The notes under the pieces: generated by a model
Database searches by the model: none
The model's input: only the letters and a program-made list of their open reading frames with translations
Told to the model about the DNA's origin: nothing
Shown here: one piece after another, positions 17,965-27,531 of the stretch
Numbering within the stretch: the stretch's first letter is position 1
Layout of the letters: each line of letters opens with the position of its first letter
Program-made: the position numbers and the translations under genes
Source: a bacterium
Lineage (GTDB): Bacteria; Patescibacteriota; Minisyncoccia; Phycocordibacterales; JAKAEA01
Assembly (NCBI GenBank): GCA_021785065.1
Contig: JAJYGQ010000019.1
Span: forward strand, 1 to 54,021
Reading direction: 5' to 3'
Length of the DNA stretch: 54,021 nucleotides

Positions 17965-18444
17965 ATGGCCGAAAATAAAGAATATTTAACCAAAGAAAAA
18001 TTTGATCAGCTTGTTGCTGAGCTGGAATTTTTACGCAATACCAAGCGCAAAGAAATTGCCGAAGAATTAGAATATGCCAAGCAACTCGGTGATTTGTCGG
18101 AAAACGCTGAATACCATCAGGCGCGCGAGGCGCAAGCAATGCTCGAAGATCGCATTGGTAAGCTCGACAACTTGCTTAAAGGGGCTACTATTTTAAGTGC
18201 GGAAACCACGGGGAAGCGCGGTGACGCTGTTGCCGTTGGTTCGAAGGTAGAATTGCGTCGTGAAGGGAAAAAAGAAACAATTGATTACACTGTGGTAGGT
18301 AGTGAAGAGGCAGATATGACGGCGCGAAAAATTTCCGCTTCATCGCCATTGGGTGCCGCAATGCTTGGCAAGAAGAAGGGTGAAGCTGTTTCTGTAAAAA
18401 CTCCTGCTGGCAACGTCACCTACACTATCGTTAAAATTTTATAG
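17965..18444 (+). CDS. greA: Transcription elongation factor GreA
   Basis: GDLSENAEY and ISASSPLG motifs. Confidence 0.96.
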   Translation: MAENKEYLTKEKFDQLVAELEFLRNTKRKEIAEELEYAKQLGDLSENAEYHQAREAQAMLEDRIGKLDNLLKGATILSAETTGKRGDAVAVGSKVELRREGKKETIDYTVVGSEEADMTARKISASSPLGAAMLGKKKGEAVSVKTPAGNVTYTIVKIL

Positions 18445-18483
18445 TGCATTGCTCTTTAGGGTTTCTATCGCTACAATACCTTT

Positions 18484-20085
18484 ATGTTTTGGGCTGATCG
18501 GCTCGGTAATGAAATCGAGCAAAAATTCAAAGAAAAAATAGCGAGCGGTAAACCGCTTATTATTCGTGACGAAAAAACCGCGTCGGGGCGGGTGCATGTT
18601 GGCTCGCTGCGCGGCGTGGCTCTCCATGGGCTTATTTCAGAAATATTGTCGGAGCGAAATATCAATAACACCTATCTTTTTGAGATCAATGACAATGACC
18701 CGATGGATGATATTCCCGCCACCCTCGACCGAAAAATCTACGAGCCGTATTTAGGGAAGCCGCTCAATACCGTGCCATCGCCTGATGGGAAGGCAGCGAA
18801 CTTCGCCGAATATTATGCTGAAGAATTTATCGGCGTGATCCGAGAGCTTGGTTTTTCGCCCGAATTTTATCGCGTAAGTGATGTATATCGTGAGGGAAAA
18901 TTCAACGAAGTTATTCGGCTGGCTTTGGAGCATGCTGGTGAAATTCGGAAAATTTATAAAGAGATATCGGGCTCTGAACGAGCGGAGGGTTGGCTGCCAG
19001 TAAATGTTATCTGTGAGAAATGCGGCAAGGTGAGTACCACTGTCGCTACTTCTTATGATGGCGAACAGGTAGAATACGTGTGTCGCGATGTTACTTTTAC
19101 GAATGGGTGTGGTTATCAAGGGAAAATCTCACCTTTTAATGGTCGGGCAAAGTTGCCGTGGAAGGTTGAGTGGGCGGCGAAATTTAAAGTGATTGGTATT
19201 GACATTGAAGGGGCGGGGAAAGATCACTCTACGCGCGGCGGGGCGCGTCAGGTGGCGGAAGCTATTTCGCGCCAGGTTTTTCATCATGAGCCGCCTTTCA
19301 ATATTCCTTATGAATTTTTTAATATTGCCGGCAAAAAAATGTCGTCCTCAAAGGGGCGCGGCTCGTCGTCACGCGAGGTGGCCGATCTTTTTCCACCTGA
19401 ATTGGTGCGGCTCTTGCTGCTACAACGCGAACCGCAGCGAGTCATCGAATTCAATCCGGAAGGTGACACCGTGCCACTTCTCTATGATACCTATGACAGT
19501 TATGCTGGAAAATATTTTTCTGACATTGCGACTGGTGAGCAGTTAAGCGACTTTGCGCGCACGTTTTTTCTGATGCACAAGCCAGTTGATCGCCCAAGGC
19601 TCTCGCCTCATTTTTTGCCGCGTTTCTCGCAGATTGCCTACTTAGTGCAGATGCCGCACGTTTCTATTACTGATCAAGTAGCGCAAGAAAAGGGAAGCGC
19701 ACTTGTAGCCGAAGATGTACAAGAAATTGAATCACGCGAGAAATATGCGCGGCGCTGGCTCGATACATATGCGCCAGAAGAATACCAGTTTGTACTTCAG
19801 CAAACACTGCCTGCAGCCGCGCGCGATTTTTCTGCCGAGCAAAAACACGCTCTGAAAAAAGTGCTTGAAAAAATAACGGCGCTTGGTGATGGTCCCGTTG
19901 ACGGTCTGGCCTTGCACACTGCATTACACGACATTAAAAATGAAATGGGTATTAATCCTAAAGATTTCTTTTCAGCGTTATATATATCTTTTCTCGATCG
20001 CCCCAGTGGGCCGAAAGCTGGTTGGTTTCTTAGCGTTCTTAAACGAGACTTTGTTATACGGCGTTTAGAAGCGGCGAGCGCCTAG
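18484..20085 (+). CDS. lysK: Class I lysine--tRNA ligase
   Basis: MFWAD start, SGRVHVGS, KLPWKVEW, GKDH and KMSSSKG. Confidence 0.94.
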   Translation: MFWADRLGNEIEQKFKEKIASGKPLIIRDEKTASGRVHVGSLRGVALHGLISEILSERNINNTYLFEINDNDPMDDIPATLDRKIYEPYLGKPLNTVPSPDGKAANFAEYYAEEFIGVIRELGFSPEFYRVSDVYREGKFNEVIRLALEHAGEIRKIYKEISGSERAEGWLPVNVICEKCGKVSTTVATSYDGEQVEYVCRDVTFTNGCGYQGKISPFNGRAKLPWKVEWAAKFKVIGIDIEGAGKDHSTRGGARQVAEAISRQVFHHEPPFNIPYEFFNIAGKKMSSSKGRGSSSREVADLFPPELVRLLLLQREPQRVIEFNPEGDTVPLLYDTYDSYAGKYFSDIATGEQLSDFARTFFLMHKPVDRPRLSPHFLPRFSQIAYLVQMPHVSITDQVAQEKGSALVAEDVQEIESREKYARRWLDTYAPEEYQFVLQQTLPAAARDFSAEQKHALKKVLEKITALGDGPVDGLALHTALHDIKNEMGINPKDFFSALYISFLDRPSGPKAGWFLSVLKRDFVIRRLEAASA

Positions 20086-20109
20086 TTATATTCTTTAAAT
20101 TTTTTCGCG

Positions 20110-20142
20110 AAAAATACCCGTCTTTTACGTCGGGTATTTTTT
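20110..20142. terminator. Intrinsic terminator after lysK
   Basis: AAAAATACCCG/CGGGTATTTTT inverted repeat. Confidence 0.78.
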
Positions 20143-20152
20143 ATGGTGTAAG

Positions 20153-20218
20153 TGTGGATAACTATGGTTGTCAGTAGGCTAATGTGGTATAAAATGGTTA
20201 AGAGTGGGAGAAAGTGGA
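20153..20218 (+). promoter_or_regulatory. MraZ-box array with overlapping DnaA box
   Basis: RTRGN pentamers at 20154, 20164, 20174, 20184, 20194, 20204 and 20214; TGTGGATAA at 20153-20161. Confidence 0.7.
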
Positions 20219-20231
20219 GAACACTCGCCCT

Positions 20232-20666
20232 ATGTTAATCGGCGAATTTAAACACAGCATTGATGATAAAAATCGCGTGGCCCTGCCCGCGAAATTTCGC
20301 CGCGATCTTGGCAAGACGGTGGTCATTACCTATGGTCTCGACCAGTGTCTTGCGCTCTATCCGCAAGCCGAATGGCAGGCGATTGCCCAAAAGCTCGCCA
20401 ACCTTTCTACTGGCCAAGCTGATAGTCGCGGGTTCAATCGCCTCATGCTCTCCGGTGCTACTGATACCGAAATTGACGGCGCTGGCCGGTTGCTCATCCC
20501 TGAGCATCTGCGAGAGTTTGCCAAGCTCGGTAGCAAGATAGTGTTTGCCGGCGTCGGTAATCGCTTAGAACTTTGGAGCGAAACCCGTTGGACAAATTAC
20601 AAGAAGGGTATTACTAGTCGAGCCGATGCTTTAGCACAAAAGCTGGGTGAAATTGGTGCCTTCTAG
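20232..20666 (+). CDS. mraZ: Transcriptional regulator MraZ
   Basis: MLIGEFKHSIDDKNRVALPAKFR and DGAGRLLIP (two DxxxR motifs). Confidence 0.96.
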   Translation: MLIGEFKHSIDDKNRVALPAKFRRDLGKTVVITYGLDQCLALYPQAEWQAIAQKLANLSTGQADSRGFNRLMLSGATDTEIDGAGRLLIPEHLREFAKLGSKIVFAGVGNRLELWSETRWTNYKKGITSRADALAQKLGEIGAF

Positions 20667-20669
20667 CTT

Positions 20670-21596
20670 GTGGCTATGGCTCCTGAATCTGATACCATCC
20701 ACACCCCGGTTCTTTTACAAGAAACCATTGACGGTTTAGCTCTGCAGCCAGACGACATTATTGTCGATGGCACAACAGGTGGCGGTGGTCACAGCGCGGA
20801 AATTCTCAAGCGCTGGAACGGCCAAGTCCAGCTGGTGTGTCTCGATGCTGATGCGGCGGCAATTGCTCGCGCCCGCAAGCGACTCGCGTCGTTTGATCAA
20901 ACGAAAATTTCTTTCGTGGAAAGCAATTTTCGTCGCTTAGCGATAGTGCTCGATGATCTCGAGATACGCACCATCAACAAGTTGCTGCTCGATTTAGGAC
21001 TAAGTTCCGATGAATTAGCAGCTACGGGAAGGGGATTTAGTTTTCAGCGACCAGGTGATCCGCTCTTGATGACCTTTACTGATCCGGCCAGCGAACAGCC
21101 GCTCTTAACTGCCGAGACTATTCTAAACACCTGGAGCGAAGAGACGCTCGCGACAATTTTGTACGGCTATGGCGAAGAGCGCTATGCGAAGAAAATTGCC
21201 GCTGCTATTGTGGCCGCTCGAGAGCGGGCACCACTGCGAACAGTCGGCCAGTTGGTGGAGTGTGTGATTGCGGCAACGCCGCCACGCTACCACCACCGCC
21301 GCATCCATCCGGCCACAAAAACGTTTCAAGCTCTTCGCATCGCCGTCAATGACGAGTTAGGGGCACTCCAACAAGCGCTCGAAGATGGTTGGAGTGCCTT
21401 AGCCCCCGGTGGCCGTATCGCCGTCATCTCCTTTCATAGCTTGGAAGATCGCGCGGTCAAGCGATTCTTTCAACAAGAAGCAAAAGCCGGTCGAGCAACT
21501 TTGGTCCATAAAAAACCATTATCAGCATCAGACCAAGAAATTCATACTAATCCTCGCGCTCGTTCTGCCAAGCTGCGCATCATCGTTAAAAAGTAA
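20670..21596 (+). CDS. rsmH: 16S rRNA m4C1402 methyltransferase
   Basis: HTPVLL, GGGGHS, FQALRIAVNDEL and NPRARSAKLR. Confidence 0.96.
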   Translation: MAMAPESDTIHTPVLLQETIDGLALQPDDIIVDGTTGGGGHSAEILKRWNGQVQLVCLDADAAAIARARKRLASFDQTKISFVESNFRRLAIVLDDLEIRTINKLLLDLGLSSDELAATGRGFSFQRPGDPLLMTFTDPASEQPLLTAETILNTWSEETLATILYGYGEERYAKKIAAAIVAARERAPLRTVGQLVECVIAATPPRYHHRRIHPATKTFQALRIAVNDELGALQQALEDGWSALAPGGRIAVISFHSLEDRAVKRFFQQEAKAGRATLVHKKPLSASDQEIHTNPRARSAKLRIIVKK

Positions 21597-21601
21597 TTTT
21601 T

Positions 21602-21955
21602 ATGCAATACGTTTCAACATACAATACAACCCTTCCTCTCTGGCAATCATGTCTACGTTCTATGACTACTCGTCGGCTCTTTTTTATACTCGTCGCTATT
21701 TTACTGATGTTCTCTTTTGTGTATATTTTTCTTATTAATATAACTGTTCGCAATATAGTGGAGTATGGTACGCTTAAAAATCAAAATGCAGCGTTAACTT
21801 TGAATGTAGATTCTATGCAGTCAACCTATATTTCTCAAAAGAGTGCTCTTTCTCTGTCGGTAGCGTATAATGATGGATACCAGAATGTAGCTTCACCTCA
21901 ATTTATTTCTACCGCTGCTATCCCCAACGCTTCTTTTGCTGTTAAATATCCTTAA
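21602..21955 (+). CDS. FtsL-like bitopic membrane protein
   Basis: Single TM helix plus short coiled coil, between rsmH and ftsI. Confidence 0.6.
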   Translation: MQYVSTYNTTLPLWQSCLRSMTTRRLFFILVAILLMFSFVYIFLINITVRNIVEYGTLKNQNAALTLNVDSMQSTYISQKSALSLSVAYNDGYQNVASPQFISTAAIPNASFAVKYP

Positions 21956-23679
21956 TGATTACCCGTGGTCGCATAAGACTGATTTCTATTTTAGTTGTTG
22001 GCTTTGCTCTGGTTCTTATTGGTCGTCTTTATTTTGTGCAAATTGTTCAAGGCGCAGATTTTTCTTTGCGAGCTAATGAACAATATATGCGACCGGTAAG
22101 CGGTTTATATGATCGCGGTACGATTTATTTTCAGGATAAAAGCGGAACGCTTATTCCCGCCGCCGATTTAGCGAGTGGTTATACGGTGGCTATTGATCCT
22201 AATGTGATAACCGCTGGAACTACCTCGCCGCTAACGCTCTATCAAAAACTTTCGGCGATTTTGCCGCTCAATCAACAAACATTTCTCGCTGACGCTACTA
22301 AACCAAATGACATCTACGAAGAAATAGCAAAACGTGTTCCAAAAAATGAAGCCGACGCTGTGTCGGCACTTAAATTACCAGGTGTTGGTATTTATCAAGA
22401 TCGCTGGCGTTACTACCCGGAAGGGTCGCTTGCCTCACAGGTGGTGGGCTTTGTTGGGTATAGTGGCACCTCAACGACCGGCTTATATGGTTTAGAAAAG
22501 TATTACAACAACGTTTTAAGTCGGGGCAATGCGGGGATGTATATTAACCCTTTTGCCCAGATTTTTTCTAATATTCAAAATGCAGTGAGTGGAAATCAAG
22601 AGGGCGACATTGTCACGACGATTGATCCGAATGTGCAGCAGTATATGGAGCAACAGCTGCAAGCGGTGCAGGCAAAATATCATTCGGTGATTACAGGTGG
22701 AATTATTATTAATCCCGAGACTGGTGTGATTTATGCGATGGGGGCGACGCCCAGTTTTAATCCCAATACGTACGCTAGTGTTTCTGATATTGCTGTATAT
22801 AAAAATCCGTTGGTGGAAAATGTATACGAAATGGGGTCAATCATTAAAGCCCTTACAATGGCAGCTGGTCTAGATACTGGCTTGGTCACGCCAACGACCA
22901 CATACAACGATAAAGGGTTTCTCAAAGTTGACGGTGCAACTATTTGGAATTATGACCACCGCGGGCGCGGGCCGCAAACAACTATGCAAACCGTGCTTGA
23001 CCAGTCTCTCAACACTGGCGCGGCGACCGTGGCTCTGGAACTCGGTCATCAAACGTTCGAGAAATATATGGATGGTTTCGGTCTTGCCTCGAGCACAGGT
23101 ATTGATTTGCCCAACGAAGGAACAAATTTGTTGCGCACCCTCGTGAGTCCGAAAAATATCGATTTAGCTACCGCTGCGTTTGGCCAGGGTATTGCGATGA
23201 CCCCGATTTCCACCGTGCGGGCTTGGAGCGCGCTCGCTAATGGCGGTACACTTATTACCCCGCACGTCGTAAGTCAAATTAGATATACGAACGGCACGGT
23301 TAAAAATATTTCTTACGGACCGGGGCCGCGGGTTATTGCTACGTCCACAGCGGCGGCGATTGCGCAAATGCTTACCCACGTCTATCAAGTTGCCTTGGTT
23401 AATGACGGTGTCGGTGCTGTTAAATTTGCTCATTATTCCGTTGCTTCAAAAGATGGCACCGCGCAAATTGCTATACCAGGCGGTGGCTATTTACCCAATC
23501 AATACTTAAATTCCTTTTGCGGCTTCTTTCCCTCAGTTGGATCGCATGCGCGCTTCCTCGTGTTTCTCTACACCTACGAGCCGCAGGGCGTTGAATTTGC
23601 CTCCCAGAGTTTGACACCGGCATTTGTGAATATTGTTAAATATCTGATAAGCTACTATGACGTTCCGCCCGATAGGTAG
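21955..23679 (+). CDS. ftsI: Class B PBP, FtsI/PBP3
   Basis: RGTIY, RYYPEG, YEMGSIIK, SLN and KDGTAQ; dcw position. Confidence 0.88.
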   Translation: MITRGRIRLISILVVGFALVLIGRLYFVQIVQGADFSLRANEQYMRPVSGLYDRGTIYFQDKSGTLIPAADLASGYTVAIDPNVITAGTTSPLTLYQKLSAILPLNQQTFLADATKPNDIYEEIAKRVPKNEADAVSALKLPGVGIYQDRWRYYPEGSLASQVVGFVGYSGTSTTGLYGLEKYYNNVLSRGNAGMYINPFAQIFSNIQNAVSGNQEGDIVTTIDPNVQQYMEQQLQAVQAKYHSVITGGIIINPETGVIYAMGATPSFNPNTYASVSDIAVYKNPLVENVYEMGSIIKALTMAAGLDTGLVTPTTTYNDKGFLKVDGATIWNYDHRGRGPQTTMQTVLDQSLNTGAATVALELGHQTFEKYMDGFGLASSTGIDLPNEGTNLLRTLVSPKNIDLATAAFGQGIAMTPISTVRAWSALANGGTLITPHVVSQIRYTNGTVKNISYGPGPRVIATSTAAAIAQMLTHVYQVALVNDGVGAVKFAHYSVASKDGTAQIAIPGGGYLPNQYLNSFCGFFPSVGSHARFLVFLYTYEPQGVEFASQSLTPAFVNIVKYLISYYDVPPDR

Positions 23680-23702
23680 AAATTAACGATCAACTCATAA
23701 CT

Positions 23703-25124
23703 ATGAAAGATACTTTTAAATATATTGTTGAAAAAATTATAGTCTGGGAGGCGCGCCTTGTGCTTAAAAAATATAAGCCAGGTATTGTGGCTATTACTGG
23801 CTCGGTAGGAAAAACTTCCACAAAAGATGCTATTTACACGGCATTAGTGGGAACGTTAGCCGGCGGGGCGGCGGATGTCCGCAAAAGTATGAAGAGTTTT
23901 AATAGCGACATCGGTGTAGCCCTTTCTGTGCTTGGCTTGCCGAATGGCTGGTATAACCCATTTCGTTGGCTCGCAAATTTTATAGAAGGATTTCTACTGA
24001 TTCTATTTACGTTTGAGTATCCGCAGTGGTTGGTGCTGGAAATCGGCGCCGATCGACCGGGAGATATTGGCCGAGTAACAAAATGGATTAAGCCGGATAT
24101 TGTAGCTTTGACGCGTCTGGCTGATGTGCCGGTGCACGTAGAGTTTTTTCCGTCTGTTGATGCGTTAGTGAGCGAGAAAGGGCAGCTTGTTGCCGCACTC
24201 AAGCCTGAAGGTACGCTCGTGGTGAATGCTGATGATACACGCATTGTTAAGCTTGGCGACACTATTGCGAGCAAAAAAATCACCTATGGTTTTTCGGAAG
24301 GGGCGATAGTACGAGTACAGAGCGAAGAAATAATATATGCGCCAACTGAACGTTTAGATTTTTCCGTGCCGACGGGAATTCGTTTCCGTTTAGAGTACTC
24401 TAATGGGGTAAGCTTACCCGTCACACTTTCTGGCGTCTTGGGTCGGCAGCATATATATCCGGTAATGGCAGCTTTTGCTGTCGCTATTGCGGTTACTGAA
24501 ATAATTAAGCAGAAAGAGCACAGTGAGATACGTTTTAATCCGCTTAAAGTGGCAGAGGCACTGCTTGCGTATGTGCCAACGCCAGGACGTATGCGTCTTA
24601 TTGCCGGGTTGCGAGAAACCGTATTGATTGATGATAGTTATAATGCATCACCTGTGGCGGTAGCGGCCGGATTAGATGTGCTTGGGGACATCAAAACCCC
24701 CGGCCGAAAAATTGCGGTGTTGGGGGATATGCTTGAACTCGGTGATTATTCATCAGCCGAGCACCGAAAACTCGGGAAACATGTTGCAGCAATTGCTGCT
24801 CAGGCGCCCTCACGCCCAAAAGATTCGGAGGAAAAAATACCCAATAATTTCCCCGTGCTTCTGGTGGCGGTAGGGGTGCGTATGCGCGGCGCGGTTGACA
24901 GTGCTTTAGACGCCGGTATGGATGAATCTGCTATTTTGCAATTTGATACGAGTCGTGAAGCTGGTCGTTATCTCGCTGAAGAACTTCGTCCGGGTGATGT
25001 TGTTTTTATAAAAGGATCTCAGAGTATGCGAATGGAGCGTGTCGCAGAAGAGCTTATGGAACACCGCGAACAGGCCGAGACGCTACTCACTCGACAAGAC
25101 AGGATTTGGAAGAAGAAAGCTTAA
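23703..25124 (+). CDS. murF: UDP-MurNAc-tripeptide--D-Ala-D-Ala ligase
   Basis: ITGSVGKTSTK, IDDSYNASP, LGDMLELG and KGSQ. Confidence 0.92.
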   Translation: MKDTFKYIVEKIIVWEARLVLKKYKPGIVAITGSVGKTSTKDAIYTALVGTLAGGAADVRKSMKSFNSDIGVALSVLGLPNGWYNPFRWLANFIEGFLLILFTFEYPQWLVLEIGADRPGDIGRVTKWIKPDIVALTRLADVPVHVEFFPSVDALVSEKGQLVAALKPEGTLVVNADDTRIVKLGDTIASKKITYGFSEGAIVRVQSEEIIYAPTERLDFSVPTGIRFRLEYSNGVSLPVTLSGVLGRQHIYPVMAAFAVAIAVTEIIKQKEHSEIRFNPLKVAEALLAYVPTPGRMRLIAGLRETVLIDDSYNASPVAVAAGLDVLGDIKTPGRKIAVLGDMLELGDYSSAEHRKLGKHVAAIAAQAPSRPKDSEEKIPNNFPVLLVAVGVRMRGAVDSALDAGMDESAILQFDTSREAGRYLAEELRPGDVVFIKGSQSMRMERVAEELMEHREQAETLLTRQDRIWKKKA

Positions 25125-25132
25125 GGGGACGC

Positions 25133-25669
25133 TTACGGTTTAGCAACTGCCCACACTCCCTTGATACCATTACCACTTGTATTGCCCGGTGCTGTATCCT
25201 TGCTCCAGAAGTAGAGCGGCAGGCCTTTATAGGTTACTTGGGTTGTGCCATTTGAGCGCGTGATGGTGCCGATTGCTCCTGTAATGCCTGCGGCAGCGGT
25301 GAGGTGAGTTGAAGAGGCGACGGTATAGGGTGGCCAGAGTGTGCTGCAAATGCCCGTACATGCACTTTTACCAATTGAATCTTTAGCATAAACGTACAGC
25401 GTCATACCGTTTGCGGCGGTGAGGTAGCTGCCAAGTGTTGGACTTGTCTTTAGGGCCAGGGTGTAATAGGGAATCATGGGCGCACCAGTGCTAGCGGTGG
25501 TGGTTGCTTGTTGCGCTTGTGGAGCTGGTGTTGTGTTAAGCGCGGTTGTTGGCGCTTGAGCTGTATTTTGTGATAAAAGATATATTACTATTCCAACAAC
25601 GATAAGGATAAGTACGATACCAATAACCCATCCCGTTGCACTTCCCGAATTTTTTCTTATAAAGTTCAT
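25133..25669 (-). CDS. Membrane-anchored protein with Lipoprotein_15-type secreted repeats
   Basis: TM helix; GMTLYVYAKD...C...C...WPP and QVTYKGLPLYFWSKD...G.G..GVW repeats. Confidence 0.82.
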   Translation of the reverse strand: MNFIRKNSGSATGWVIGIVLILIVVGIVIYLLSQNTAQAPTTALNTTPAPQAQQATTTASTGAPMIPYYTLALKTSPTLGSYLTAANGMTLYVYAKDSIGKSACTGICSTLWPPYTVASSTHLTAAAGITGAIGTITRSNGTTQVTYKGLPLYFWSKDTAPGNTSGNGIKGVWAVAKP

Positions 25670-25775
25670 AGATAGTATTAAAAGATACTATTAATATTAA
25701 TTTATTACGACTTTTGCTATTATTAGTACGATTATAAATCGTCATTTATTACACCTTCTGGTATTATAAACTCTA

Positions 25776-26822
25776 ATGACTTCTTCAACAAAAATCTTAC
25801 TTTCCGGCGTTAAGCCGACTGGTCGGCCGCATATTGGTAATTATTTTGGGGCCATGAAGCAGTTTGTTGATCTTTTAAATTCTGGTCAATATCGCTGCTA
25901 TTTTATGGTTGCCGATTATCACGCTTTAAATACTGTTAAAAATAGCCAAGAAATGAGGCAACATATCGTTGATCTGGCCCTTGATTACCTGGCTATTGGT
26001 TTGGATCCCGAAAAAGCCGTGCTCTTTAAACAATCTGATGTCTCAGCACATACTGAGCTGGCGTGGGTTTTCGACACGTTGGTGACGGTGCCGTATTTGC
26101 AACGGGCCCATGCGTACAAGGCTGAATTAGATAGGATAAACGCCCTTAATCCTAAGAAAGAAGCATTGCTGAATAAAAAGGTTGGTATGTATGAAGTTGA
26201 AATTAACGTCGGCACGTTTAATTATCCCGTGCTTATGGCGGCGGATATTTTATTGTATGACACTGACGTGGTGCCGGTTGGGCAGGACCAAAAACAGCAT
26301 ATTGAATATGCTCGTGATATTGCGCAAAAATTTAATGGCACGTTTGGTGAACTTTTTAAATTACCCAAGGCTTTAATCTTAGAAGATGTAGCGACGGTGC
26401 CGGGTACTGATGGACGTAAGATGTCAAAAAGTTATAACAACACCATTCCGCTTTTTGCTGATGACGAAACTATTAAAAAAGCGGTGATGAGCATGGTGAC
26501 CGATTCTAAAGGCGCTGACGAGCCAAAAGATCCCGAGCACGATACTATTTTTGCGATCCATAAGCTTTTTACATCGCCTGCTGAGCTGGCGAAACTGGCC
26601 GATCAATATAAACAGGGGACTATTAGTTACAAAGAATCAAAAGAATTACTAATTCAGAAAATTTCTATGTTTATTGCGCCGCTACGTGAGCGCCGAGCGG
26701 AGCTTCAAAAGGATGTTGCAGCAGTACAAAAAATTCTTGAACGTGGCGCCGAGCAAGCGTGCGCTGTTGCTAACGCAAAAATGAAAGAAGTGCGAAAGAT
26801 GATCGGAGTAGATTCCCAGTAG
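25776..26822 (+). CDS. trpS: Tryptophan--tRNA ligase
   Basis: HIGN, VPVGQDQKQH and KMSKS. Confidence 0.96.
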   Translation: MTSSTKILLSGVKPTGRPHIGNYFGAMKQFVDLLNSGQYRCYFMVADYHALNTVKNSQEMRQHIVDLALDYLAIGLDPEKAVLFKQSDVSAHTELAWVFDTLVTVPYLQRAHAYKAELDRINALNPKKEALLNKKVGMYEVEINVGTFNYPVLMAADILLYDTDVVPVGQDQKQHIEYARDIAQKFNGTFGELFKLPKALILEDVATVPGTDGRKMSKSYNNTIPLFADDETIKKAVMSMVTDSKGADEPKDPEHDTIFAIHKLFTSPAELAKLADQYKQGTISYKESKELLIQKISMFIAPLRERRAELQKDVAAVQKILERGAEQACAVANAKMKEVRKMIGVDSQ

Positions 26823-26834
26823 GTCTGGATGTTC

Positions 26835-27152
26835 TTAAGATGTGGTTGTTGCGCAGCTTGTAGCAACTGCAGTAATTGCGTCATCAGGTGGTACTACCGA
26901 AAGAAAATTAATAGGGATTGACGAAGTACTGGCATACGAAGAATTTGCCGAGAGTAGCAATTGAGTCACAGCCTGACAAGAGCCTAAAGATATCTCTGAG
27001 CGGACATATTCTAATGCCGCAGTAAATTGGTCATCGAGTGCGGTGAGGCGATATACGTGCATGACTAGGAGTAGTGTTACCAGGGCACTTAAAAACATAA
27101 CACCTATAAGCGCCACAAAGCCTCGATGTCCTTTTTTAATTTGTAATTGCAT
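26835..27152 (-). CDS. Pilin-like protein (PilX/ComGG-like, no Glu+5)
   Basis: KKGHRG-FVALIG class III signal followed by a hydrophobic helix. Confidence 0.6.
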   Translation of the reverse strand: MQLQIKKGHRGFVALIGVMFLSALVTLLLVMHVYRLTALDDQFTAALEYVRSEISLGSCQAVTQLLLSANSSYASTSSIPINFLSVVPPDDAITAVATSCATTTS

Positions 27153-27531
27153 GATAATACTCTAGTGACGTAGGTGTTGTGCTACCAGAAGAAAATACTA
27201 TGCCTAAATGATCTATGTTTTTTACAAGCGTCAATGCTCCGAGGAGTTGAGAAGACGAAGTACTTTCGATATGAGTGGAGATGCTGTCTAGGGTGTGCCA
27301 TGTGCTGAGATCGATAGAATGTTTTGCGCTCGTGTAGTCTGGAGCGGCGTACACTATGCTATCTATTTTTTCCGCTACGAACACTGATGCTTCTTGTTGC
27401 TTGGCTAATTTTTCAAATTCAATATTTAGACGGGATATAGACAGCCATGTGCTCGTTACCTCAATCAGTAGTATAGAAAGTAGGGCACTATACACGACAA
27501 ATTCTATAAAAGTAAAACCATTATGGCGCAT
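27136..27531 (-). CDS. Minor pilin-like protein
   Basis: G-FTFIE prepilin motif. Confidence 0.72.
   Translation of the reverse strand: MRHNGFTFIEFVVYSALLSILLIEVTSTWLSISRLNIEFEKLAKQQEASVFVAEKIDSIVYAAPDYTSAKHSIDLSTWHTLDSISTHIESTSSSQLLGALTLVKNIDHLGIVFSSGSTTPTSLEYYHAITN

Noticed and set aside
8965-20085. Two mreB copies and class I LysRS as novelties
   Set aside because: Known features of many bacteria including CPR; useful only as taxonomic hints.
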